Shown: in pieces, positions 49,493 to 58,172 of the stretch | Position numbering within the stretch: position 1 is the stretch's first letter | Layout of the letters: the number at the start of each line of letters is the position of its first letter | NCBI GenBank assembly: GCA_963793305.1 | Contig: CAWBZV010000003.1 | Span: 1,088,001 to 1,152,000 of the forward strand | Length of the DNA stretch: 64,000 bases | Source: an uncultured Gemmatimonadales bacterium | GTDB lineage: Bacteria; Gemmatimonadota; Gemmatimonadetes; Gemmatimonadales; Gemmatimonadaceae | Direction of reading: 5' to 3' | The notes under the pieces: generated by a model | The model's database searches: none | The model's input: the letters and a program-made list of their open reading frames with translations, nothing else | Told to the model about the DNA's origin: nothing | Position numbers and translations under genes: made by a program

Positions 49493-50139
49493 AGCGCTTC
49501 GTGCTCGCCTTAGGCGTGCTCCTCGCATGTCACGACTCGGTCGATCCAGGAGCGACCGGCCTGACCTCTCTGGGCGCGGCGCCCGACACGGTGCTCGCCA
49601 ATGCCGTCAGCGAGACGAAACTGAGCGCGACGGTCGACCCGCATTCGATAGCGCCCTGGTCCGTCACGTTCACCTCGACGGCCGGTGTGTTCGCGGAAAC
49701 CGGGACACAAGCGGCCACGCAAGGTGCGGATCCCACGGGCCTGGCGACTGTCTACTTGCGCGCACCACGCGATTCGGCGACAGCCACGGTCACCGCGACG
49801 GTTGACACCGTGGTGCGGAGCATGACCGTGTATTTCGCGCTCGCGTCCGTCGACTCGATCACACTCGTGCCAGCCGCGCTCCATGTCCCGGACTCGGTTC
49901 AGGTCACGGCCTACCTGAGAAGCAACGTCGGCTTCCCGAGTCCGGGCGTGCTTCTCAAGTTCACAGCGACCGGGTCGGCGGGCGACTCAACCGGTCAGTT
50001 CACGCCCGTTTTGCCGAGCGATACGACGAATGTTGTGAACGTCCAATACTACCGGGATTCAACCTACGCGGGGACTGTGACAATTGTCGCGACAGCGCCC
50101 AACGGCGTCGTCGGACGTGCTGTCATCACCGTGCCATAG
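49489..50139 (+). CDS. Lipoprotein with two Ig-like (invasin/Big-type) domains
   Basis: Lipobox LLAC; VLANAVSETKLSATV, DPTGLATVYL. Confidence 0.7.
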   Translation: MKRFVLALGVLLACHDSVDPGATGLTSLGAAPDTVLANAVSETKLSATVDPHSIAPWSVTFTSTAGVFAETGTQAATQGADPTGLATVYLRAPRDSATATVTATVDTVVRSMTVYFALASVDSITLVPAALHVPDSVQVTAYLRSNVGFPSPGVLLKFTATGSAGDSTGQFTPVLPSDTTNVVNVQYYRDSTYAGTVTIVATAPNGVVGRAVITVP

Positions 50140-50216
50140 GCGATTTCGCCTAGGCGGTCTGGCGCAGTGCCGCCGGTGATTGTGGACGGCGTGTTCAACA
50201 ATCGCCAAGTTGGCGG

Positions 50217-53200
50217 ATGTCCCTTCGCCATCCTGCCGCACTGATGCTTGTCGGGTGCCTGGTCGCGGCAGCGACCAGCTGTAGGCGAGAGGCTAACGAC
50301 GCCGACAGCCTCGTTCGAGCGCTGGCGAGCCTGCACATGCCACGGTCCACGGTCGCCCGATTATCAATCGCCAGCCGCTACATCCGATGTGACTCCTTGG
50401 AGGCGGGTGAGTGTCGGCACCCGCCAGCGTTTGACGGAGCACTCCTCGCTCGCGTCGGCGCGATCGCCGCGCGCGCAGCCACACGCCTTCACGACCACTA
50501 TGACCCTGACGCGGTCCATGCGGCCGCACTCATCGACCTGCTGTGGGCTGACCCCGCGGGAAATTCTCTGCGTCGGGCCATCTCATCTCTTCGGTTGGTG
50601 GCGCAAGTGTCGACGCACCCCGTTCCATTGCTGACCGATCTCGCGGCCGCGCTGCTTCTACGCGACGCGCACACCGGATCAGCGAGCGATGTGGTCGAGG
50701 CAGTCGATGTAGCCCAGCGCGCGGTTGAGCTGGATTCCCTGAATGCCGCAGCGAGGTTCGATCTGGCGCTTGCGCTCGATCGACTGGGCCTCGCCGCACA
50801 AGCTGGTCGTGCATGGAGAGATTACGTGCGTATCGATATTTCGTCACCGTGGGCCGACGAAGCGCGCGCTGGTGTGAGGCGCTGCGACAGTATCGCCGCT
50901 CCAGCCCATGACACGGCCAGCTCGCCGCAGGTCGCTCGTGTCACGGGCTGGGACTCCGTGCTTGGCGCGTGGGGAACCGCGGTGTCACAGAACAGCACCG
51001 CGCATGCCAAGGCTTCGTTGGGGCGGGCAAGTCAGCTCGCGAAGCTCGTGCAACGGTCCGGAGACGCATCGCTCGCGGAGGCAGTCCGCGGCATGCGAGC
51101 CAGTAGCGGCCGGCGCCGGCTCGCGCTGGCGCGAGGTTACCAAGCATACGCGCAGGGCCGACGAGCATTCTTGGCAGGGGATATGGATGGGGCGCGTCGA
51201 TGGCTGATGGTCGCTGCTCGCGCATCGTCAGGATCCGTGCTCGCTGCATGGGCATCGGTATATCTCGCCGCCACCGCATTGCAACTCGGTGACACCGCTT
51301 CGGCGTTCCGGCTTCTCGGCCCGGTCGTGCGGAGTGTTGACGCAGCACGGTATCCGGCGCTCGCGGGGCAAATGCACTGGACCCGGGCCGTCGTGCTCAT
51401 CCGCATTGGTCAGTACGAACACGGCCTGGTTGAGTCGCAGGTGGCCGAGCGGTCCTTCGCACGCGCCGGCGAACGGGAGAATCAGGGCGCCGTCGCATTT
51501 CTCCAGAGTACCGCGTATATCGCGCTCGGGAACCTCACGGCCGCGGCCCAGTCGCTCCGACGGACGTTACTCGTCCTCAGGTCCGATCGCCGCTCTGTCT
51601 TCCTCCACAATGTCCTCTTGGTATGGGCCGAGATGGAGTCTAACGGGCCCGTACGTGCGGCGAAGCGAATCGTGGACGAGGACATTGCGGTTGCCGACCT
51701 GTCCGGACTGCCGGTCGCGACCGTGGGAGCGCGGACCCTTCGCGCCCGCCTCCGCGCCCTGGAGAGAGATACGGCCGGTGCGGTGGCCGACTTGGATTCC
51801 GCGCGCACGCTCATCGCGTTTGTGCCGGCCGGACCTCTGTACCGCTGGCTAGCAGCGAACCTCGCCATTGCGCAGGCATCTCTCCGAACGAAACGTCGAG
51901 CCAGGGATGCGTCGCTCGACTCGGCGGTGAGCTTTTTCCAGGAGATCCACAGCGCCGCGCTCGAGCCGCAAGCGCTGGCTATCAGGGCCGAAGCGCGACT
52001 GATGCTCGGCGATACGGCTGACGGTGCCGCGGATCTCCGGCAGGCGCTGACCTTGCTCGCTGCGCAAGGAGAAGGGGTCGCCAGTGCGCCGCTCCGAGTG
52101 ACCTTTCTCGACGCCGCGCGACGGACCATCGATCGGCTCGTGCTACTCCGAATGCAACAGCCAGCAGAAGCGCTGGCGATACTGGAGCGCGGGCGGGCAG
52201 CGGTAGCGTCTGCCGTGCCGGACCCACAACGCGCCGCTGACGAGCCGATCCGATCACCGTCCGGTGTGGTCGTACTCGACTACTCGGTGATCGGCGACAC
52301 CGTGTTGAGCTGGACGGTGCGCGACACGCTCGTGCGTCTGCACCGTTGGACCGTCCGAAGCGGCGCGCTGTTCATGACCATTGCGAGGGTGGTGGCCGCC
52401 ATGGAGTCGCGCTCAAACGGAACGCAGGTCGAGCGCGACCTCTCCGATCTCTATCGGCAACTCGTTGCGCCGGTCGAGGCGGACTTGGGGCGTCGCGACA
52501 CATCGCTCATGATTGTCGCGGACGGAGAGTTGGCGGCAGTCCCGTTCGCGGCGTTACGCGATGGGAACGGGCATTATCTGGTCGAGTCACGCCTGCTGCG
52601 TTTCTCGAACAGCTTGCGTGACGTCACCGCGCCGCGCTCGACATCTCGCTCCCAGCCGTCAGCAGTCGTGCTCATTGGCGATCCGGCGTTTGCGGCGAAC
52701 CTCCACCCCGAGCTCGAGCGTCTTTCGGGCGCGCGTGCCGAAGTCGACTCCATCCAGGCGATCTATCCGACGGCGCGCGTGCTTCGCGATGCCGCGGCGG
52801 ATCGCCGAGCAGTGGAAGCCGCTCTGCGAGGCTCGACCGTGGTGCACTTCGCCGGCCATGCGCGCATCGACGATGATGAGCCGGAGCGATCCACGCTCGT
52901 TCTGGCGGGGACGACGCCAACCGCGGATCTCGATGCGGCTAGCATCGCGACCCAGCGCTTTTCGCGTGCCCCTCTCATCGTGCTATCCGCTTGCGAAACC
53001 GCTGTTCCACGCGCCGGCCGGTCCGGAGGGCTGGCGAGCCTCACCGGGGCTTTCTTGCGGGCCGGCGCAATCGGCGTCGTCGGGAGTTTGTGGCGCGTGG
53101 ACGACCACGACACGCAACCGCTCATGACTGCGCTGCACCGCGCCTATTCGCAATCTCGCGATGGCGCTGTCGCGCTTCGCGCGGCCCAATTGCAATTGGT

Positions 53201-53267
53201 GCACGGATCAGCGCCGGCGCTCCGAGCACCGATGGCCTGGGCCGCATTTCGCTACACCGGGTCCTGA
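50217..53267 (+). CDS. TPR-CHAT (caspase-like) protease with N-terminal export signal
   Basis: TPR-like helices; IVADGELAAVPF, L.GARAEV, VHFAGHA, LSACET, VVGSLWRVDD, WAAF. Confidence 0.92.
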   Translation: MSLRHPAALMLVGCLVAAATSCRREANDADSLVRALASLHMPRSTVARLSIASRYIRCDSLEAGECRHPPAFDGALLARVGAIAARAATRLHDHYDPDAVHAAALIDLLWADPAGNSLRRAISSLRLVAQVSTHPVPLLTDLAAALLLRDAHTGSASDVVEAVDVAQRAVELDSLNAAARFDLALALDRLGLAAQAGRAWRDYVRIDISSPWADEARAGVRRCDSIAAPAHDTASSPQVARVTGWDSVLGAWGTAVSQNSTAHAKASLGRASQLAKLVQRSGDASLAEAVRGMRASSGRRRLALARGYQAYAQGRRAFLAGDMDGARRWLMVAARASSGSVLAAWASVYLAATALQLGDTASAFRLLGPVVRSVDAARYPALAGQMHWTRAVVLIRIGQYEHGLVESQVAERSFARAGERENQGAVAFLQSTAYIALGNLTAAAQSLRRTLLVLRSDRRSVFLHNVLLVWAEMESNGPVRAAKRIVDEDIAVADLSGLPVATVGARTLRARLRALERDTAGAVADLDSARTLIAFVPAGPLYRWLAANLAIAQASLRTKRRARDASLDSAVSFFQEIHSAALEPQALAIRAEARLMLGDTADGAADLRQALTLLAAQGEGVASAPLRVTFLDAARRTIDRLVLLRMQQPAEALAILERGRAAVASAVPDPQRAADEPIRSPSGVVVLDYSVIGDTVLSWTVRDTLVRLHRWTVRSGALFMTIARVVAAMESRSNGTQVERDLSDLYRQLVAPVEADLGRRDTSLMIVADGELAAVPFAALRDGNGHYLVESRLLRFSNSLRDVTAPRSTSRSQPSAVVLIGDPAFAANLHPELERLSGARAEVDSIQAIYPTARVLRDAAADRRAVEAALRGSTVVHFAGHARIDDDEPERSTLVLAGTTPTADLDAASIATQRFSRAPLIVLSACETAVPRAGRSGGLASLTGAFLRAGAIGVVGSLWRVDDHDTQPLMTALHRAYSQSRDGAVALRAAQLQLVHGSAPALRAPMAWAAFRYTGS

Positions 53268-53301
53268 CGTTCCTCATCCATCCCTGAAGGGAGAGTATCC
53301 C

Positions 53302-54342
53302 ATGAGTACGCCATACACGCTGACAGTCACGGTCGCCGGGCTATGCCTGGCGGCTGCCGATGAGCAGGCGACATCGAACGACAACTTGCTGCACGTGCTG
53401 ATGATGCGATACGACCCGCAAAACCAGAATAACATGCAGCACTTCGCGCGCCTGTTGTTCGATGCCGACTATTTAACCGGCGTGGATTCGGGCACGCAGA
53501 CGCTCACGTGCGTCGATCTGTACAACGGAGCGCTCGACTTGGATGTCGGCCCGACAGCCATTGACTTTCAGGCGTCGCCTCCGACCGGTATCGCCAACCT
53601 CAGCACCCTGGCGAGCGTCGCCACCTTAGATCCTACGTACGTGACCGGCAATTCGAATCACATCGCGAACGCGCGACTCACGTTACGGAAAGGTGCATTT
53701 GGCGTGCAAGGTAAGACCGCGAAGTTCGACACGACCGCTGGGCCACAGGACCTCAGCCACTACATGGTCTGGACAATGACCGGTGGTATGACCAAGGACC
53801 AAAACGCGAATAAACAGGACTGCTTGACACTGACATTCCAACAGATGGAGTCGGACAAGAACGATCCGCCAGCGCCGGCCGCGATCCAGCTGTGCCCGAA
53901 GGGAGGCCAGATCAACCTGTACTTCATGAATGCCATGCCCATGGAAATTCCGTCGACCGACGTCCCTGCCGATCCGCAGTCCACCTGGAATCCAGGGGAT
54001 GAGGCGATGCATTTCGATGGCTACTTCAGTGCCTTCCCCGGTACCCCGATGGCGATCATCCAGAAGAGCACACCGAAGCTCCAAAACAAAACGGATCTCC
54101 CCGGCGACAGTCCGCTCGCGGGCTGGAAAGGCGGTTGCGTGTTCTTGACGCGGTCCTCGGGCGCCAAGCTATTCGACGTGCCTTCACCGTTCATCGGTGA
54201 CAACGAGGAGACGATTCTTACGCCGGTCTGCATTCACGCGATTGTGGATGTCGGCGTCACGAACCCAAAGCCGCCAAGCCCGTCGTTACTTGAATCTGCA
54301 GGCCATTCCAGTCACCAGGGGCACGGAAGTCCCGCCATGTGA
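53302..54342 (+). CDS. Hypothetical beta-rich protein downstream of CHAT
   Basis: GAAGGGAG RBS then ATG 53302; 346 aa. Confidence 0.75.
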   Translation: MSTPYTLTVTVAGLCLAAADEQATSNDNLLHVLMMRYDPQNQNNMQHFARLLFDADYLTGVDSGTQTLTCVDLYNGALDLDVGPTAIDFQASPPTGIANLSTLASVATLDPTYVTGNSNHIANARLTLRKGAFGVQGKTAKFDTTAGPQDLSHYMVWTMTGGMTKDQNANKQDCLTLTFQQMESDKNDPPAPAAIQLCPKGGQINLYFMNAMPMEIPSTDVPADPQSTWNPGDEAMHFDGYFSAFPGTPMAIIQKSTPKLQNKTDLPGDSPLAGWKGGCVFLTRSSGAKLFDVPSPFIGDNEETILTPVCIHAIVDVGVTNPKPPSPSLLESAGHSSHQGHGSPAM

Positions 54343-55099
54343 TGCCGATGGAAGCCGGTAGCCGGGACATGAGCGCCCGGCTGCCGGCGGACGTGAAGAA
54401 CGCGACGTCGTGGTGCGCGGCCGCAATCCGAGCTGCCTCCATCCAGGCGCCGAGATCGACGGCCTCGCGCCCCGCGATCACGGCGGCCAGGGGCGCGCCG
54501 AGCGCGAGGAGGGAATCGCGCCCATGAGCGTCACGGGTCGTGTCCACCATCTGCCGAAAAATTTGAGCGACCGAGGCTGATCCGGGCACCGCATCGAGCA
54601 AGACTGCGATATCGGCAGCGCTACGCGCCGCGCGTGCATCGCTCGCTCGGATTTCGAGTATGAGGTCCGTGAGATGTGCGCCCAGACGTATCGCCCGAGC
54701 GCTGTCAGTCAGCGGCTCAGCCGTACCCCGTGTCGTAGCCCATGGCGCTCCGTTCCAATCGGATGGAAGCGTCGATTCGCTCGCCAACGACACAGCAAAT
54801 CGCCGGGGGTCTGCGGAGGGCGCCGACGCAGGGTACATGCGAGCGAGCGACACGATGGTGATGATCGCAACGATACTGGCGGCGATGGCCAGACCAGCCC
54901 TGCGCCACCGGAGCGAGCGCGCCGGCAGTGCTTTGGCCCGGGGCCCCTCCCCGTGGATCACGCCCGCCGCATCAACGAACGCCTCGAGCGCCACATCAGA
55001 GGTCCCGAGGCGCGCGAGGATCTCTTCGCGTTGACGAGCATCGAGCCGCCCATCAAGCAGCGCTGCGATCCGTTCCGCGTCATCCAAGGGATCCGTCAT
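54257..55099 (-). CDS. Putative single-pass anti-sigma factor
   Basis: N-terminal ERIAALLDGRLD...ILARL (ZAS-like, lacks HxxxCxxC); one TM helix; follows the ECF sigma. Confidence 0.7.
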   Translation of the reverse strand: MTDPLDDAERIAALLDGRLDARQREEILARLGTSDVALEAFVDAAGVIHGEGPRAKALPARSLRWRRAGLAIAASIVAIITIVSLARMYPASAPSADPRRFAVSLASESTLPSDWNGAPWATTRGTAEPLTDSARAIRLGAHLTDLILEIRASDARAARSAADIAVLLDAVPGSASVAQIFRQMVDTTRDAHGRDSLLALGAPLAAVIAGREAVDLGAWMEAARIAAAHHDVAFFTSAGSRALMSRLPASIGITWRDFRAPGDWNGLQIQVTTGLAALGS

Positions 55100-55154
55100 G
55101 CGATGGGTTCTCCTGGCATATCCACGAAGATTGGATGATCCCGCGCCCAGTCTT

Positions 55155-55922
55155 TCACTGCTCGAGCTCGCTTAACATTGTCTGGACGCGCTCGCGCGAG
55201 ACACCCGACAGCTCGACGCAACGACGTATATCAGCTAACGCGCGCTCGATACGGCGATAGAGCGGCTTCTGCGGCATACCAAGAGCTCGCGAAATCTCGG
55301 CAACCGTCATGCCCTCCCAGAAGCGCATTCGGATGATCGCCCGATCCTCGCTGGACAGGCGGTCGAGCGCAGCCTCTACCGCCTGTTCGGCATGACGCCG
55401 ATCATCGTCCCATGCGGCTAGCTCGCTCGCATCCGCCGCGGGTACCTCGGCAAGCGGCGCTGATCCGACCTCGAGGGGCCGCATCGGATCGCGGAGGGGT
55501 AACTGCGAAAGTATCGCCGCCAGATCCCGATCGGACATCGCGGTATCTCCCCGCGTCCGCAAGACCTCGGCCGCCTGATCGAGCCGGTGCCCATCGCGGT
55601 AGACCAAGGTCTCGAGTTGGACCGCGATCCGGCCACGCCGGCACGCCGCCGCGGAGGGGCGCCAGCGGCCCCAGCGCTGGACGCGGTAGTCGCGGGCCAG
55701 CATCGCTATGACGACCGTGAGGTAGGTGCCGAGCGCGCTCTCGCCTCGGAACTTACCGAGAATCGCATAGTCGTTCTCGACGAGCTTGAGCTTGATCCAC
55801 GAGCCGAAATCGGCGGTGTCGTCTCCAGTCATCCCGTGACGCCGGCAGATCGCGCCCGCGATCCGCTCGATGGCGCCGAGGTGACTCAAGAATAGCGCTT
55901 CGAGCTGTTGCCGCGCCGCCAT
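55155..55922 (-). CDS. ECF-type sigma-70 factor
   Basis: Region 2 (KFRGESALGTYLTVV) and region 4 (LSSEDRAIIRMRFWEGMTVAEISRALG). Confidence 0.88.
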   Translation of the reverse strand: MAARQQLEALFLSHLGAIERIAGAICRRHGMTGDDTADFGSWIKLKLVENDYAILGKFRGESALGTYLTVVIAMLARDYRVQRWGRWRPSAAACRRGRIAVQLETLVYRDGHRLDQAAEVLRTRGDTAMSDRDLAAILSQLPLRDPMRPLEVGSAPLAEVPAADASELAAWDDDRRHAEQAVEAALDRLSSEDRAIIRMRFWEGMTVAEISRALGMPQKPLYRRIERALADIRRCVELSGVSRERVQTMLSELEQ

Positions 55923-56083
55923 GAGGCAAAAGCTACAATCGGGTGGACTTCGCCGCCGATAGGTCGCGATCATGGCAGCGATCATAGCCGGACCTGCGCA
56001 GGCTGTCCTTAAGCGATCGCTAAATCATTCTCAAATGTTCTCGCTATTCGCGAAACCGCGACCGAGCGTCCGTCTAATGAGCT

Positions 56084-56659
56084 GTGACCCTACCTCTCGT
56101 CATTTCAGTCCTGCAAGCGCTGGATCTCGCCGCCATGGTGGCCGATGGTGCCGGTCGGGAGGTGCGAGAGACCGCGCGACTCGGCCGGCTACTCGCTGAA
56201 GACGCGGACAGCTCCGATGTGCGCGCTCGCCTTTTGCAACTCGTTCGCAAACGGTTAACACGGAATGGCGTTGGCGCACCGGTCACGGTTGAAACGCGAC
56301 GAGGGGTGTACACGCTGTTGGCGGTTCCGTGGCCCCAGCCGGATGGTGTGGTCACCCTCGGCATCGGCCTCGCGACCGTGAGCGGGAATCTCGCGGTCGA
56401 CCCCAGTGTCAGGCAGCGGTTCGGCCTCACCCCCCGCGAAAGCGACGTCGCGTCACGCCTCGCAGCCGGCGCGTCGAGCCGGGAGGTGGCTGAGAGTCTC
56501 GGCATGAGCGTGCATACCGCGCGGAGACACACGGAGCGCGTCTTGCAGAAATGCAATGTGCGGCGGAGGGCCGGGGTTGCCGCGGCGCTCTACGCGGCGT
56601 GGTTGCCGGAGCCAGTGGCTACGACGATACCTCGCTCGTCGCCAGCGATGCGTCCGTGA
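56084..56659 (+). CDS. LuxR-type HTH regulator
   Basis: GLTPRESDVA...GASSREVAESLGMSVHTARRH...K. Confidence 0.8.
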   Translation: MTLPLVISVLQALDLAAMVADGAGREVRETARLGRLLAEDADSSDVRARLLQLVRKRLTRNGVGAPVTVETRRGVYTLLAVPWPQPDGVVTLGIGLATVSGNLAVDPSVRQRFGLTPRESDVASRLAAGASSREVAESLGMSVHTARRHTERVLQKCNVRRRAGVAAALYAAWLPEPVATTIPRSSPAMRP

Positions 56660-57032
56660 GGTACGGCGTGATCTCACGAAACGCGCTGTCGCGCACGCCG
56701 ATCGTCGTGACGCCATCGAGGTCGAGCACGCGCGTGTGCAACCACAGGAATTGGTGGCCGCCCGCATAGCGGATCAGCGACCACGGAATCAAAAGCGGCG
56801 GGTGGAACAACACGAGCGGGTGACTGTGGAGATAGAGCCCCGCCGTGGTGGGAATCATCACCGTACTGCGACTGCGCGCGACCTGGCCGGCGAGTCGCGG
56901 GCCGTCCGGCTGCGCACCGGCGCGGAAGCGCCGGGCGAGAGCGGACCATCCACTGGTATAGGCGACGATCGCGTTGCTCAGGAGCCAGAGGCCGAGCAAC
57001 ACGAGGGCGGCCCACCAGGGCGCGTGTAGCAT
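56619..57032 (-). CDS. Hypothetical membrane-anchored protein
   Basis: TM helix, SGWSALARRF, FHPPLLIPW. Confidence 0.65.
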   Translation of the reverse strand: MLHAPWWAALVLLGLWLLSNAIVAYTSGWSALARRFRAGAQPDGPRLAGQVARSRSTVMIPTTAGLYLHSHPLVLFHPPLLIPWSLIRYAGGHQFLWLHTRVLDLDGVTTIGVRDSAFREITPYLTDASLATSEVSS

Positions 57033-57070
57033 ATACGCAAACCTAGCAGGAAGACCGGCGCGCTCACGGC

Positions 57071-58143
57071 CTAGGGGACAGACAGTCCCAAACTTTTCAG
57101 CAGTGAAAGAGCGAGCTTGCTCAGGTCGACCTCGTCCATGTTGGCGAGAAGTACGACACCCGTCTCGCGATCGAGATCGAGGACGACATAAGTACTGGTT
57201 CCCTGCTGGCCACCGGAGTGGCCAACGCAATGGACGCACGTGCTGTCACCGATCCCCCAGCCAAGGCCGTACCCGGTCACCGAGTCGCGCGTGGTGCGTT
57301 GCGGGGTCCACATCAGCGTGCGAGTCGAGCGCCGCATCAGCTTATCGTGATAGAGCGCCGACTCGAACTTGGCCAGATCGGTGGCCGACGACAGCCAGCC
57401 GCCGCCCGGCACCTTGTAGCTCGCGTCGAGGAAATCCGCGTTCTGAACCTGCTCGGTCGAGTCTCTATGGTAGAAGCGCGTCCGATGGCGAATGATCGCA
57501 AACCGGTCGTCGGCCCGCGTCTCGGTCATTCCCGCTGGCACAAACACATTTTCCCGCACGGCGTCCACGTATGAGGTGCCCGCCGCGCCGGCGATGGCGC
57601 ATCCGACGAGCGTGTAGCCCATCGTCGAGTAGTTGAATCTGGTGCCCGGCTGCGCGACCAACGTGTCGGACGCGAAGAACGCGATGCCACCCGCGATCCC
57701 ATCGGTGAAGTGCTTCGTGTTCCCGCCCTCGAGGTCATCCGCGGCCTGGACTTATAGTGCCGAATCCCGCCAAGGTGGCCGAGCAGCTCGCGCGTCGTGA
57801 TGGGCCACGGCTTCTCGGGGAAGCCCGGGCAGTATCGCTGGATCGGCGCGTCGAGATCCAATTTGCCGCGCTCCCACAGGACCATCGCCTCGGTGGCCGT
57901 AATTGGTTTGGAAACCGATCCGAGACGGAAGAGCGTATGCGCCGTCACCGGAACGGCATTCTCGAGGTCCGCCATCCCATAGCCCTTGGCCCACACCGGA
58001 TTGCCGCGGACCACGGCCGCCACCGCGATACCCGGTGCGTGAGTCGTCGCCATGAACTTCGCGATCGCGCTGTCGACGCGCGCCGGCTGGGCCGACGCGA
58101 CTCCCGAGAGCGCGAGGAACGCCAGTACGGGGAGTTGTCGCAT
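57071..58143 (-). CDS. Secreted serine hydrolase (beta-lactamase family), frameshift near 57747
   Basis: FRLGSVSK (SxxK), LLGHLGG; second frame PGTRFNYST, GHSGG. Confidence 0.85.
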
Positions 58144-58172
58144 GACCGACAATCTACAGTCTAATATTAGAG

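Noticed and set aside
47250..56700. Attachment sites or direct repeats bounding the CHAT block
   Set aside because: None found, so mobility is not demonstrated
58148..58171. GACAATCTACAG matching part of the PadR operator, next to the palindrome TCTAATATTAGA
   Set aside because: Only a half-site, and explained by back-to-back -10 elements of two divergent leaderless genes
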